From Sandaracinaceae bacterium (GTDB taxonomy: Bacteria; Myxococcota_A; Polyangia; Polyangiales; Sandaracinaceae), in contig JBGAQA010000011.1 in the NCBI GenBank assembly GCA_044220955.1, forward strand, positions 1-64,000: 64,000 nt of DNA. Reading direction: 5' to 3'. The notes beneath the pieces are model-generated. The model was not told where the DNA came from, did not search any database, and was given only the letters and a program-made list of their open reading frames with translations. A program made the translations under genes and the position numbers. Shown piece after piece: positions 1 to 9,955 of this stretch; the first letter of the stretch is position 1; each line of letters begins with the position of its first letter.

Positions 1-10
1 CTCGGACGTC

Positions 11-1897
11 GTGCTCGAAGGCGCGCTCGGCCCCGGCACGCGCCGCGTGGTCGAGGACGTCGGTCGCGGCCTCGAGGACTGGATCGCGTTCGAGGGCGCT
101 CCGGCCACGGAGTCGGTCCGCTATCGCGTCGACACCGACGGCGCGGCCGGCGTCCGGTTCGTGGCGCGGACGCTCGAGCTACTCGATGCGTCGGGCGCTC
201 CGCGGATCCGGATGGCGCCTCCCTGGCTCGTCGACGCGACGGGCGCGCGGATCGACGTCGCGGTCCGCGTCACGGGTTGCGCCTTCGACACCGATCCGCG
301 GGCCCCGTTCCGCCGGGCGGCCGTCGCGCCGGGGGCCGCGTGCGACGTGGAGCTCTCGTGGGCCGGGACTGGCGCGCGGTACCCGATCGCGGTCGATCCG
401 ACTTGGAGCGCGACCGACTCGCTGATGGCCGCGCGCCGCGAGATGGCGATCGGTCGCCTGGCCGACGACACCGTGCTCGTCGCGGGCGGGATCGGGCCAG
501 GGCCGTTCAACACCGTCCCGGCGCTCGCGAGCGCCGAGCTCTTCGATCCCGTCTCCGAGACGTTCGCCGCGGCCATGTCCCTGCCGGTCGCGCGCGGGCG
601 CCCGTGGTTCGGGACGCTCGCCGACGGAAGGCTCGTCGTGGGCGGTGGTGCGATCGACGGCGTGTCGGCGCCCGTCGCGGGAGCGCTCGCCTTCTCGAGC
701 ACGACCGGCATGTGGGCGACGCTCGCGCCGCCGCCGACGGCGCGCGTGTGGGCGGAGTCGGTCGTGCTCGCGGACGGGACGATGCTCGTCGTGGGCGGCA
801 AGACGGACAACTACTTCGCGAGCGCGGCGGTCGGCACGGCCGAGCGCTACGATCCCGTCGCGAACGCGTGGTCCGGCGCGGGCACCCTCGGCGTCGCTCG
901 CTACGGCAACTTCGTGCTCACGCCCCTCGCGAGCGGACGCGTGCTCGCGGCCGGCGGCTGGGACGGCGTATCGACGACGCACGCATCCGCGGAGCTGTGG
1001 GATCCCGGCACGAACGCGTGGACGCCGACGGGCTCGCTCGCCGTCGGGCGCGGCACCGGGCTGTTCGGCGTGCTGCCGTCGGGGCTCGTGGTGGTCGCCG
1101 GTGGCTCGACGAACGTCGCCGGCGTGATCACGACCACGGCCACCACCGAGACCTACGATCCGGCGTCCGGGACGTGGACGCCCGCCGGGCCGATCGGCGC
1201 GCCGGTCGACTACCGATCGAACGGGGCCCTCGCCTGGCCGGACGGAACGATCGTGGCCCCGGCCGGCATCGGCCCGCGCGGTCTCTACAGCGAGCGCTTC
1301 GATCCCGGCACGCGCACGTGGCAGACGGGCTGCGACCCTGGACGGACCTACCTCGTCGCGATCGGCTCGGTGTTGCTCGCGGACGGGCGCGCGCTCGTGG
1401 TCGGCGGCGTCGACACGACGGGCGTGGTCGCGAGCGCGTGGCTCTCCGGGCAGGAGAGCGGCGCGTGCGACGACGGCAACCCGTGCACGGACGACGCGTG
1501 CGTCCCGGCGAGCGGCTGCACGTTCGCCGCGAACACGAGCACGTGCGACGACGGCGACGGATGCACGTCCGGTGACGTCTGCGCGGCGAGCACGTGTGCG
1601 GGCACGGTGGTCGCGGGCTGCGGTGACGCCGGCACCGACGCCGGGAGCGACGCCGGGCGGGACGGAGGAACGGACGCGGCGACGACGCCGGACTCCGGCA
1701 CGGATGCCGCGGCGATCGCGATCGACTCCGGCGCGCGGGACGCGTCGGGCGGACCCGCCGACGCGAGCGCACCGCCGCCAGCCAACGCGGGCGGGTGCTG
1801 CAGCGTGATCGGCGAGCGGCCCGGCGCGGGGGCCGTCCTCGGGATCGCCGTCGCTCTCGCGGCTCTCGGCGCCCGTCGCCACCGCCGCCGTCGCTGA
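11..1897 (+). CDS. Kelch-repeat secreted protein with Cys-rich repeats and MYXO-CTERM-like tail (probably 5'-truncated by window edge)
   Basis: Repeated VLVAGG...AE(L/R)(F/Y/W)DP...W kelch units; CDDGNPCTDDAC repeats; DAG linker; GGCCSV-hydrophobic-RRHRRRR terminus. Confidence 0.8.
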   Translation: MLEGALGPGTRRVVEDVGRGLEDWIAFEGAPATESVRYRVDTDGAAGVRFVARTLELLDASGAPRIRMAPPWLVDATGARIDVAVRVTGCAFDTDPRAPFRRAAVAPGAACDVELSWAGTGARYPIAVDPTWSATDSLMAARREMAIGRLADDTVLVAGGIGPGPFNTVPALASAELFDPVSETFAAAMSLPVARGRPWFGTLADGRLVVGGGAIDGVSAPVAGALAFSSTTGMWATLAPPPTARVWAESVVLADGTMLVVGGKTDNYFASAAVGTAERYDPVANAWSGAGTLGVARYGNFVLTPLASGRVLAAGGWDGVSTTHASAELWDPGTNAWTPTGSLAVGRGTGLFGVLPSGLVVVAGGSTNVAGVITTTATTETYDPASGTWTPAGPIGAPVDYRSNGALAWPDGTIVAPAGIGPRGLYSERFDPGTRTWQTGCDPGRTYLVAIGSVLLADGRALVVGGVDTTGVVASAWLSGQESGACDDGNPCTDDACVPASGCTFAANTSTCDDGDGCTSGDVCAASTCAGTVVAGCGDAGTDAGSDAGRDGGTDAATTPDSGTDAAAIAIDSGARDASGGPADASAPPPANAGGCCSVIGERPGAGAVLGIAVALAALGARRHRRRR

Positions 1898-1982
1898 GCG
1901 CGTGCGACGCACCCGGCGTCGCCGTGCCCTGCGACGCTCCGCGCTCGGCGCGCTGCCGGAGAGGCCCGCGCGGCGGAGCGCG

Positions 1983-2168
1983 TCAGCCCTTTCTCGGCTT
2001 CGGCGCACCCTCGGCGGGGGGCAAAGGGCGCTTGGCGTCGGCGAGCGAGCGGCGGAGCAGGTACTCGATCTGTCCGTTCAGGCTGCGCAGCTCGTCGTCG
2101 GCCCAGCGCTGCAGCGCGTCGAGCAGCGCCGGGTCGACCCGGAGCAGGAATGCCTTGCGGTCCGCCAC
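1983..2168 (-). CDS. Arc/CopG-like ribbon-helix-helix DNA-binding protein
   Basis: KAFLLRVDPALLDALQRWADDELRSLNGQIEYLL has the RHH pattern; directly downstream of the SPFH gene. Confidence 0.8.
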   Translation of the reverse strand: MADRKAFLLRVDPALLDALQRWADDELRSLNGQIEYLLRRSLADAKRPLPPAEGAPKPRKG

Positions 2169-2184
2169 GGCGAGCCCTCGCGCG

Positions 2185-3060
2185 CTAGCGGTAGATGGTG
2201 CCGGTGTTCACGACCGGCTGCGTCGCCCGCTCGCCACAGAGCACGACGAGCAGGTTGCTCACCATGGTCGCCTTCTGCGCCTCGTCGAGCTCGACGACCT
2301 TCTTGTGCGAGAGCTGCTCGAGGGCCATCTCGACCATGCCGACCGCGCCCTCGACGATGCGCGAGCGCGCCGCGACGATGGCGCCCGCCTGCTGCACCTG
2401 GAGCATCGCCTGCGCGATCTCGGGCGCGTACGCGAGGTGGCTGATGCGGGCCTCGAGGATCTCGATCCCCGCGCGCTCGAGGCGCTCCTGGATCTCCTGC
2501 TTGAGGTGATCGATCACCGCGGTGGTGTTGTGGCGCAGCGAGGGCTGCTTCTCGTCGTGCGAGTCGTAGGGGTAGCGCGACGCGAGGTTGCGGATCGCCG
2601 CCTCCGTCTGCACGCGCAGGAAGTTCTCGTAGTCGTCGACCTGGAACACGGCCTCGGCCGTGTCGGCCACGCGCCAGACGACGACGGCGGCGATCTCGAT
2701 CGGGTTGCCGTCGAGATCGTTCACCTTGATCTGCGTGCTGTCGAAGTTGCGCACGCGCACCGACACCGCGCGCTTCACCACGAGAGGCCAGGTCCAGTGG
2801 AAGCCCGGCTCCTTGACGGTGCCGATGTACTTGCCGAGGAACTGGAGCACGCGCGCCTCGTTCGGGCTCACCACGAAGAACGCGGTGAGGCAGAGCGCGA
2901 CGGCGGCGAAGCCAGCGAAGGCGAGCAGCACCAAGAGCGGCGAGCCGCCGCCCGGCTCGACGCCGAGCGAGAACGCGTACCCGGACGCCAGGCTCGCGGC
3001 GATCAAGACGAGCACCATCGCCCCGCCCGACATCGTGGAGTGTTCGCGTTCCTTCAGCAT
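2185..3060 (-). CDS. SPFH/band 7 domain membrane protein
   Basis: Two N-terminal TM segments; [20 protein letters not shown] and [17 protein letters not shown] motifs; AAGGAGG SD precedes ATG at 3060 (ORF track start 3081). Confidence 0.9.
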   Translation of the reverse strand: MLKEREHSTMSGGAMVLVLIAASLASGYAFSLGVEPGGGSPLLVLLAFAGFAAVALCLTAFFVVSPNEARVLQFLGKYIGTVKEPGFHWTWPLVVKRAVSVRVRNFDSTQIKVNDLDGNPIEIAAVVVWRVADTAEAVFQVDDYENFLRVQTEAAIRNLASRYPYDSHDEKQPSLRHNTTAVIDHLKQEIQERLERAGIEILEARISHLAYAPEIAQAMLQVQQAGAIVAARSRIVEGAVGMVEMALEQLSHKKVVELDEAQKATMVSNLLVVLCGERATQPVVNTGTIYR

Positions 3061-3087
3061 GGAGACCTCCTTGGTCGTCATGCTGTC

Positions 3088-3115
3088 ATAGTGATATCAT
3101 TTTGATAGTTGTCAA
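3088..3115 (-). promoter_or_regulatory. sigma70-type promoter with overlapping palindromic operator
   Basis: Minus strand reads TTGACA-actatcaaaatgatat-CACTAT; contains TGATATCA palindrome (3092-3099) and TATCA-ttt-TGATA inverted repeat (3095-3107); AT-rich patch in a GC-rich context. Confidence 0.7.
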
Positions 3116-3726
3116 GAGGCGAAGAGCGACATGAACCACGCGCCGACCGCCGCGCCCAGCGTGAACGGCAGCACGATCGAGAGGCCGATCAGCGCGAAGC
3201 CCACGCCGACCAGCGCCTTGTCGGTGCGCGTCGGCTCGGCCTTCGGGTCGTTCTTGTAGCGCTTGATGATGTCGAGGTTCTGCCGGTTGCTCCGGTAGGC
3301 GAAGTCGAAGACGTCGCCCACCACGGGGATCGCCCCGACGAGCGTGTCGATCGCGATGTTGACCACCATCCGCAGGATCGCGACGGTCGGGATGCGCTCC
3401 TTCAGCGCGAGCAGCAGCAGCGCCGCGGCGCTGCCGCCGGTGACGAGGTCGCCCACGCCCGGGATGAGGCCGAGGATCGGGTCGAGGCCGATCTTGATGT
3501 CCGTGCCGGGGATGCGCAGGAAGTCGTCGAGGAGGGCGACGAGCCGCTCGGCCCAGGGCGCGAGCTCCTTCGCGAGCGCCTTCTTCACGTCGGGCGAGGC
3601 GTCCTGACCCAGGGCCTTCTCGACCGCGCGCGTCGAGAGCTGCTTGCCGAGCTCGGCCTTCGGATCGAGCCGCTGGAGCTCGAGCGCCTCCGAGCGAGGA
3701 ACGATCGCGGCGTCGGGGTCGGCCAT
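3112..3726 (-). CDS. DUF4112-family membrane protein
   Basis: LLDDFLRIPGT..IGLDPILGLIPGVGD and GAIPVVGDVFDFAYRSNRQN motifs; start taken at MADPDA. Confidence 0.8.
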   Translation of the reverse strand: MADPDAAIVPRSEALELQRLDPKAELGKQLSTRAVEKALGQDASPDVKKALAKELAPWAERLVALLDDFLRIPGTDIKIGLDPILGLIPGVGDLVTGGSAAALLLLALKERIPTVAILRMVVNIAIDTLVGAIPVVGDVFDFAYRSNRQNLDIIKRYKNDPKAEPTRTDKALVGVGFALIGLSIVLPFTLGAAVGAWFMSLFAS

Positions 3727-3734
3727 CGCCTCGA

Positions 3735-4802
3735 TCAACGCCCGGGGCGGGCTCCCGATTCGACCGTCGTCCGCGCCTCGGCCCGCTCGTCCAGCCAGGT
3801 GCGCACACAGGGCCACACGGTGGTCGTCGCCTCGCGGCCGATGACGATGTCGATGTGGCCGCACGGGAACGCCCGGTAGGTCTTGTCGCTGGAGCGGCTC
3901 GCGTCGTAGGCCGGCTTGACGGACTTCGGCGGCGCGAGGTGGTCCTCCGTGCCGGCGACGACGAGCAGCGGTCGCTCGAGCATCTCGAACGACATGCCGT
4001 AGTCGATCATGCCGTCGAGGCTCTTCCAGCCCGAGCCGCTGCGGCCGGCGCGGAAGATGTCGAGCGCGACCTTGAGGCTCGTGTGCTCGAAGGTCCGCGC
4101 GAGGTACTCGTCGAGCACCTCGCGCTCCACGCCGCCGGGGCGCCACCCGCGGATCGGGATGGGCAGGAGCGCCGAATCCCAGAGCGCGCGGCGCTTCTTG
4201 AAGTGGTTGCCGACCGAGCGGACGGGGAGCGGGAGGTTCTCGTCGAACGCTCCCGTGAAGCCGACGACGCCGGCGAGCTCACGGAGCAGGAGCAGGAGCG
4301 CGGAGCCCTGGCCGAAGCGGTAGGGCGAGCCGATCGAGACGACGCCTCGGGTGTGCGCCTTGAGCGAGGTGCCGGCGACGCTGTAGCTGATGAGGCCGCC
4401 CATCGAGTGCCCGATCAGGAAGAACGAGCGCTCCCCCGAGAGCTCCATCGCCTCGCGCGCGAAGGCCGGGACGTCCTCGCGGATGTACTCGTCGAGCGTG
4501 CGGGGCCGCGGCGCGCCGAAGCGGCGGCTGCGCCCGTGGCCGCGGAGGTCGACGTTGAACACGTCCCAGCCGTCGTTCGCGAGGTAGTTCACGAACGAGC
4601 GCTTGGTGCTGTGCCACGTGTAGCGGTTCTGGCCGAACCCGTGCACGAGGATGACGACGCCGCGGGTCGTCCGGCGTGCGGCCTTTCGCTTGCGGACCAT
4701 GCCGAGCGGGTGAGGCCCCGGCGTCATGATCACGTCCTTGACGAAGACGCCACGCTCGTCCCCGTCGATCGACTGCTCGACGGTCTCGGTTCGCAGGATC
4801 AC
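3735..4802 (-). CDS. alpha/beta-fold hydrolase (lipase/esterase-like)
   Basis: LVHGFGQN, DLRGHGRS, GHSMGG nucleophile elbow, GTEDHLAP, GHID; GTG start 7 nt after TATGCT. Confidence 0.85.
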   Translation of the reverse strand: MILRTETVEQSIDGDERGVFVKDVIMTPGPHPLGMVRKRKAARRTTRGVVILVHGFGQNRYTWHSTKRSFVNYLANDGWDVFNVDLRGHGRSRRFGAPRPRTLDEYIREDVPAFAREAMELSGERSFFLIGHSMGGLISYSVAGTSLKAHTRGVVSIGSPYRFGQGSALLLLLRELAGVVGFTGAFDENLPLPVRSVGNHFKKRRALWDSALLPIPIRGWRPGGVEREVLDEYLARTFEHTSLKVALDIFRAGRSGSGWKSLDGMIDYGMSFEMLERPLLVVAGTEDHLAPPKSVKPAYDASRSSDKTYRAFPCGHIDIVIGREATTTVWPCVRTWLDERAEARTTVESGARPGR

Positions 4803-4845
4803 GCAGGGGAGCATAGCGCGGCGCCGTGTTACGCTCACCGACCAG

Positions 4846-5379
4846 ATGCGCACCTCTCTCTCCGCCGTGCTCGTCGTGCTCGGTATGGGCTGCGTCGCCC
4901 ACGCGCAGGCCGTGCAGGCGCCGTCCCGCGACGCGCTGATCACCATGCTCTCGGGCTTCGAGGACACGCCGACGCTCGCGCAGGTGCGCGCGCTCGGCGA
5001 GGGCACCGTGCCCGCGCTGATCGCCCTCTACGACGACCCGCAGGTGATCCAGCCCGTGCGGCTGCGCGCGGTCGAGGCGATGGGCGCGTTCTCCACGCCC
5101 GAGGCGCACGCGTTCCTGCTCCGCGTCATCCGCGCGCCCGGGCAGTCGCCCATCGTGGTGCGCGAGGCGCTCGAGGCGCTCGGGCAGAGCCGCGGCGGCG
5201 CGGCCGTCTCCGAGATCGCGCCCCTGCTCGCCAGCCCGGAGCGCGCGATCCGCGAGGGCGCGATCGAGGCCCTCGGCAGCATCGGCACGCCCGAGGCGCG
5301 GGCCCAGCTGAGCGCGCGCGGTCCCCACGAGCTCGACGCCGCGCTCCGCGAGCGCATCGGCGTGCTCACCGCCCACTAG
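4846..5379 (+). CDS. Secreted HEAT-repeat protein
   Basis: Signal peptide ending AHA; VRLRAVEAMG, VVREALEALG and IREGAIEALG repeats. Confidence 0.75.
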   Translation: MRTSLSAVLVVLGMGCVAHAQAVQAPSRDALITMLSGFEDTPTLAQVRALGEGTVPALIALYDDPQVIQPVRLRAVEAMGAFSTPEAHAFLLRVIRAPGQSPIVVREALEALGQSRGGAAVSEIAPLLASPERAIREGAIEALGSIGTPEARAQLSARGPHELDAALRERIGVLTAH

Positions 5380-5405
5380 AAGCGACCCGACACGAGGCCC
5401 AGTCC

Positions 5406-6914
5406 ATGAGCAGCCAGCGTACCTTCACGTCCCAATCGATCCGGCTCCTCGCCCTGACGGCCCTGAGCGCGTGCAGCACGCCAGCGCCCGCGACCGACGC
5501 CGGGATGCAGGTCGATGCAGCTCCGATCGACGACGCCGGCCCGCCGCCCGTCGACGCGAACGTCGACGGAGGGCCCCCGGCCGTCCGGGAGATCGCCTAC
5601 ACCCCCACCGGCTGCGGCTACGAGGTCCGGACGCCGCGCGTCATCGAGGCGCAGCGCAGCAGCGACGTGTTCGGCGCGAGCCCGACGTTCGATCACGTCC
5701 ACGTCAGCTGGTCGGGACCGACCGACACGACGGTCACGGTCATCTGGCGGAGCGACCTCGACACGCTCGCCTCATCGGTGCTCATCGGAACGGATCAGGC
5801 CGCGGTCATGGCCGCGGACGGCGCGACGACGGGGGTCACGCGCCAGGACGGCCACACGGTGCTCTACAGCAGCGCGCCGTCCGGCGCGGGCGCGGAGCGC
5901 GTGCACGAGGTGCACCTCTGCGGCCTCACGCCCGACACGACCTACTACTACCGGGTCGGCGGCCCGGGTCACTGGAGCGGCACGTTCGACGTGGCCACCG
6001 GACCGGCGTCGGGCGCGACCAGCGCGTGGAGCTTCGGCGTGACGGGCGACAGCCGGGGCGCGACGGCGACGGCCGAGCCGGGCGACAACGCGTGGGCGAT
6101 CTCGCAGCACCACCTCTCCGATCGGGGCGTGGACTTCGAGGTCTTCACCGGCGACGGCGTGTTCGCCGGGTCCAACCAGACGCAGTGGAACACCTGGTTC
6201 GAGGGCATGGACGGGACGTTCGGCGTGCAGGACTTCCTCTCGCACCACCCGCTGATGATGAGCAACGGCAACCACGACCTCTTGACCGTGAACTACCTGG
6301 CGCAGTTCGCGATGCCGCAGGAGGCCTCCACGGGAGAGCTCGCGGACGGCGAGGAGTGGTACTCGTTCGACTACGCCAACGCGCACTTCGTGATCCTCAA
6401 CGACACGGTGACGACGCCGGGCACGATCATGGGAGCCGAGTCCACGTGGCTCGAGGCCGACCTCTCCGCGGTGAACCGCGCCACGACGCCGTGGATCTTC
6501 GTCGTCCACCACCAGACGCTCTACACGTGCGGCAGCGGCGGCGCGCACGGCCCCGACACCACGGCGCGCACCGCGTGGCAGCCGATCTTCGACGCGCACC
6601 ACGTCGACTTCGTGCTCGCGGGGCACAACCACTTCTACCAGCGATCGTATCCCCTCAACGGCATCAGCACGGTCGCCGCGCACGATGCGAGCGGCGCCCC
6701 GACCATCACCGGCGGCGACCCCTCGGGCACGATCTACGTCGTCGCGGGCGGCGCAGGCGCGCCCTTCTACACCGTCGGCACCTGCCCCGAGATCCAGGTG
6801 GGCATGCAGGTCCGCAACTACATGACCTTCGAGATCGCCGGCCGCACGATCACGATGACGACCCACGACGGGCTCACGGACGCGGTCATCGACACGATGA
6901 CCTACACCAAGTAG
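5406..6914 (+). CDS. Purple acid phosphatase-like metallophosphoesterase lipoprotein with FN3-like N-domain
   Basis: Lipobox LSAC; HEVHLCGLTPDTTYYYRVG; GDS, TGDG, GNHD, GHNHFYQR metal-binding motifs. Confidence 0.88.
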   Translation: MSSQRTFTSQSIRLLALTALSACSTPAPATDAGMQVDAAPIDDAGPPPVDANVDGGPPAVREIAYTPTGCGYEVRTPRVIEAQRSSDVFGASPTFDHVHVSWSGPTDTTVTVIWRSDLDTLASSVLIGTDQAAVMAADGATTGVTRQDGHTVLYSSAPSGAGAERVHEVHLCGLTPDTTYYYRVGGPGHWSGTFDVATGPASGATSAWSFGVTGDSRGATATAEPGDNAWAISQHHLSDRGVDFEVFTGDGVFAGSNQTQWNTWFEGMDGTFGVQDFLSHHPLMMSNGNHDLLTVNYLAQFAMPQEASTGELADGEEWYSFDYANAHFVILNDTVTTPGTIMGAESTWLEADLSAVNRATTPWIFVVHHQTLYTCGSGGAHGPDTTARTAWQPIFDAHHVDFVLAGHNHFYQRSYPLNGISTVAAHDASGAPTITGGDPSGTIYVVAGGAGAPFYTVGTCPEIQVGMQVRNYMTFEIAGRTITMTTHDGLTDAVIDTMTYTK

Positions 6915-6969
6915 CCAGGGCGGCGCCCGCCGAGACGAAGCGAGCCGGCACGGGTAGCATGCCGGACCG

Positions 6970-7947
6970 ATGCGCCCGTCCACCGTGTTGCTCGTCGCGT
7001 GGCTCGCCTCCGCGGCCACGGCCGTCCACGCGCAGGACGCCGGCCTGTCCGCGAGCGATTGGCTCGCGCGCGCCGAGGACGCCGAGGACCGCGCGGAGCC
7101 CATCGACGCGCTCGACGCGTGGCAGCACGTGATCGACGTCGGACCGACGTCTCGCCTCGCCGGCCGCGCCCGGACGCGGATCGCCTGGATCCGGGCCCGC
7201 GACGAGGCCGGGTACGGGCCGCTCCGCGCCATGATGGCGTTCCTCGCGCGGGCTCCCTCCGCGCGAGACGAGGCCGCGGTCGCAGCCTTCGAGGCGACGA
7301 CCGCCGCGATGCCGGCAGGGCGCGTGCGCGGTGAGTCGCGGCTCGCGGTCGCGGGCGAGTGGGCGCGGCTCGGCGAGCAGGAGCGGGCGCACGCGGCGTG
7401 GGCGGCGGCGCTGGACGACCCGAGCGTCGAGCCCAGCGCGCGCACGCTGGTGCTCGAGTCGATGGCGCGCTCGAGGATGGACGCGGGCGATCTCGCGGGG
7501 GCCATCGACGAGCTCGACGCGGCCGATCTGGGAGGGCTCTCGCTGCACGACGTGGCCTCGCGACGGCTGCGCGCCGCGACGTGGGTGCCGGTGTCGTACG
7601 GCGTGCTGGCCACGTTCGTGCTCGTCGTGCTCGTGCTCGTGGCGCGCAGCAGGCGCGCGCTCGCGGCGCTCCGCTCGCTCCTCGCGGCCCCGCTCCGCGT
7701 CGTGATCGCCGCGGTTCTCGCCTTCGGGCCCCTGGCGATCGTCGCGTGGTGGGGTGACGAGTCGCAGGGCGCGTTCGAGGCGTTCGCGCCCTGGTCGTTC
7801 GCGATCGTGCTGCTCTCGTTCCTCGCGGCGGAGTCGACGGAGGCGCGCGCGGCCCGGGCCGGCGTCGGCGTCCTCGCGATCGCCGCAGCGCTGGCGGCCG
7901 CCTACGTGTCGGTCGCTCGGTACGGAGAGGCGCTGCCCTTCGCATGA
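6970..7947 (+). CDS. Hypothetical membrane protein (exported helical/TPR-like domain plus about 4 C-terminal TMs)
   Basis: Signal peptide ending VHA, helical repeats, hydrophobic C-terminal segments; ATGA overlap with next ORF. Confidence 0.65.
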   Translation: MRPSTVLLVAWLASAATAVHAQDAGLSASDWLARAEDAEDRAEPIDALDAWQHVIDVGPTSRLAGRARTRIAWIRARDEAGYGPLRAMMAFLARAPSARDEAAVAAFEATTAAMPAGRVRGESRLAVAGEWARLGEQERAHAAWAAALDDPSVEPSARTLVLESMARSRMDAGDLAGAIDELDAADLGGLSLHDVASRRLRAATWVPVSYGVLATFVLVVLVLVARSRRALAALRSLLAAPLRVVIAAVLAFGPLAIVAWWGDESQGAFEAFAPWSFAIVLLSFLAAESTEARAARAGVGVLAIAAALAAAYVSVARYGEALPFA

Positions 7948-8135
7948 GGCGCTCACCAGGCAGCGGCGACTTCCGCGTCCGCACGCCGAGCTCGGCGATG
8001 CTCGTGCAGATGCTCTTCGTCGTGGGCGCCGTCGGCACGGGCGTCGTGTCGGCGCTGGTCACGTGGCTCGGGCCCCGCAAGGGCGACGCGGCCGCGCCTC
8101 GGGCGGAGAAGACGGAGCAGCCCCGTGACGAGTGA
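7944..8135 (+). CDS. Small single-TM hypothetical protein
   Basis: One hydrophobic helix; coupled to neighbours; alternative start at 7998. Confidence 0.5.
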   Translation: MRRSPGSGDFRVRTPSSAMLVQMLFVVGAVGTGVVSALVTWLGPRKGDAAAPRAEKTEQPRDE

Positions 8136-8445
8136 GCTCGCGCGGCGCCGCATCGCCGCAGCCGCCGCCTTGGCCGCGCTCGCGGGCGCGCTCGGCTACG
8201 TCGCGAGCCGCGCGTACTTCCACCTGATCGTGGGATCGCAAGGCGTCGCGATCATCCTCCGCGAGGCGCGGGTGAACTTCCACCTCGCGCTCGTGATCGC
8301 CGCCTTCGTCGCGATCGTCGCGGGGCTCGTCACCGCGGAGCTGGCGCGCACCGAGGCGCGGGTCGAGCGCGTCGAGCGCGTCGCGCTGCACGCCGTGCTC
8401 CCGACGCTCCTGGTCGCCATCGCCCTCGTGTTCCTCTGGCCATGA
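8125..8445 (+). CDS. Hypothetical 3-TM membrane protein
   Basis: Three hydrophobic helices; ATGA overlap with next ORF. Confidence 0.65.
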   Translation: MTSELARRRIAAAAALAALAGALGYVASRAYFHLIVGSQGVAIILREARVNFHLALVIAAFVAIVAGLVTAELARTEARVERVERVALHAVLPTLLVAIALVFLWP

Positions 8446-8870
8446 CGCTGCTCGAGGCCATCCACGGTCACGTCGGCGTCCTCGCGATGGCCGCGCTCTT
8501 CCATCCCGCGCTCCTGCTCTGGAGCGGCAGGCCGCTCTCGCGCAACGGCAAGCTCGCGCTCGCCGCTTCGGTCTTGCTCGTCTCGGTGGCCTTCGCGCTC
8601 GGTCTGCTGATCTACCCGGCGTACCGGGAGGAGGTGAAGCCGGAGCTCTTCGTCGCCAGCGAGCGCGCGGGGCTGCTCTTCGAGACGAAGGAGCACCTGG
8701 CCTGGATCGCGCTCGCCGGCGCGCTCGGGGCGGGAGTCGCCGGGCTCGTCGCGCCGGCCCGTGCGGCGCGGGCCCGCCAGGTCGCGGCGCGGGTCTTCCT
8801 CGGAGCGGCCGTCGCGTGCGCGCTCACCGTGCTCCTGGGGACCTGGATCGCGTCCGTGCGGTCTTTCTGA
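8442..8870 (+). CDS. Hypothetical 4-TM membrane protein with His motifs
   Basis: HGH, FHP, YPAYR and FETKEH motifs between or within hydrophobic helices. Confidence 0.7.
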   Translation: MTLLEAIHGHVGVLAMAALFHPALLLWSGRPLSRNGKLALAASVLLVSVAFALGLLIYPAYREEVKPELFVASERAGLLFETKEHLAWIALAGALGAGVAGLVAPARAARARQVAARVFLGAAVACALTVLLGTWIASVRSF

Positions 8871-8877
8871 CGCGGAA

Positions 8878-8925
8878 CGTGCACTCCGGCGTGCCTCTGA
8901 GGCACGCTGTGCCGGAAGTTGCACG
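8878..8925. other. Nested imperfect intergenic hairpin
   Basis: cgtgca/tgcacg, tccggc/gccgga and gtgcct/aggcac nested inverted arms. Confidence 0.5.
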
Positions 8926-8981
8926 CTCGGGACCGAGGAACGCGGCGTTCTCGAGGGTACGGCGCTTGCTCGTCGTGGCTC

Positions 8982-9566
8982 GTGCTGCGCTCGCTCGCGC
9001 TGGTCGTCGTGGTCGTGCTCGGGGTGCCGGCGCTCGGTCGAGCGCAGGACGTCCCCGCGGCCCCCGCCACCTCGCGCGCGGTGCCACGCTCGGGCGGAGA
9101 CGAGCTGCTCTGGCCGGCGGCGGCGCCCACGTCCGCGGTCGAGCACCCGCTCCTCTTGCGCGGCCACGACATGGGGCTCATCTCGACCGGCATCGTCGGT
9201 CTCAGCCTGGGGATGATCGTCGGCGTCGTCATCGCGAGCTTCGACCTCGCCGGTGGCAACTGCCGGGACTTCACGTCGCCGTTCTTCGGGTCGAGCCGCG
9301 TCGAGTGTGGGACGGCGCCGTTCGCGCTCGTCCCGTTCGCGGGGTCGGTGGTGGTGGGTACCGTGGGGCTCCACGGCTCGGTCGGCCCGGAGACGATCAT
9401 CCCGGGAGTGATCGCCGTGGCGCCGCAGATCGTCGGGCTCATCCTGCTCCTGGTCGGCCTGCACGGGTACACGGAGGATCTCGCCTCGTCGGACGACCTC
9501 GCGCTCTCGCTGACCCCGCTCGTCTCGGACAGCTCGCTCGGGGCGAGCTTGCGGGCGTCGATGTGA
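8982..9566 (+). CDS. Hypothetical exported/membrane protein
   Basis: Signal-like N-terminus, Gly-rich hydrophobic segments, C-terminal LGASLRASM; start uncertain (ORF track 8919). Confidence 0.6.
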   Translation: MLRSLALVVVVVLGVPALGRAQDVPAAPATSRAVPRSGGDELLWPAAAPTSAVEHPLLLRGHDMGLISTGIVGLSLGMIVGVVIASFDLAGGNCRDFTSPFFGSSRVECGTAPFALVPFAGSVVVGTVGLHGSVGPETIIPGVIAVAPQIVGLILLLVGLHGYTEDLASSDDLALSLTPLVSDSSLGASLRASM

Positions 9567-9955
9567 GGGCCGCGTGCGCTGCCGCGCTCGCCGCGCTCGT
9601 GCTGCTCGCGGGGGGCTGCGCGGGACACCGCGAGAGCCGGACGCTCCCGCCGCTGGCGATCCAGCTCTCGGACGGGCCGACCGCGGAGAGCTTCGCGCGT
9701 CTGGCGGGGATCGCCCACCGGCACGGCTACGCGATCGAGTTCGCCGACCCCGCGTACGGCGTGTTCGGCGTCTCGGCGCGGACGCAGCTGCCCCGCGCCG
9801 CGGGGCGCGCCACCTTCGTCGTGCAGTGCTACGCGGACGGTCGCGCGGTGCTGAGCGTGCTCGGCCCGCAGCCGGCAGGGCACGGGCTCGTCGTCGCGTC
9901 GTCCAACCTGCGGCGCGAGGCCGTCGCGCTCGCGCAAGCGCTGGAGCGCGAGTGA
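9563..9955 (+). CDS. Hypothetical lipoprotein
   Basis: GTGA overlap with upstream stop; LLAGGC lipobox. Confidence 0.6.
   Translation: MRAACAAALAALVLLAGGCAGHRESRTLPPLAIQLSDGPTAESFARLAGIAHRHGYAIEFADPAYGVFGVSARTQLPRAAGRATFVVQCYADGRAVLSVLGPQPAGHGLVVASSNLRREAVALAQALERE

Noticed and set aside
3735..4802. PHA synthase (phaC) call
   Set aside because: Nucleophile motif is GHSMGG (Ser), not the Cys lipase box of PhaC
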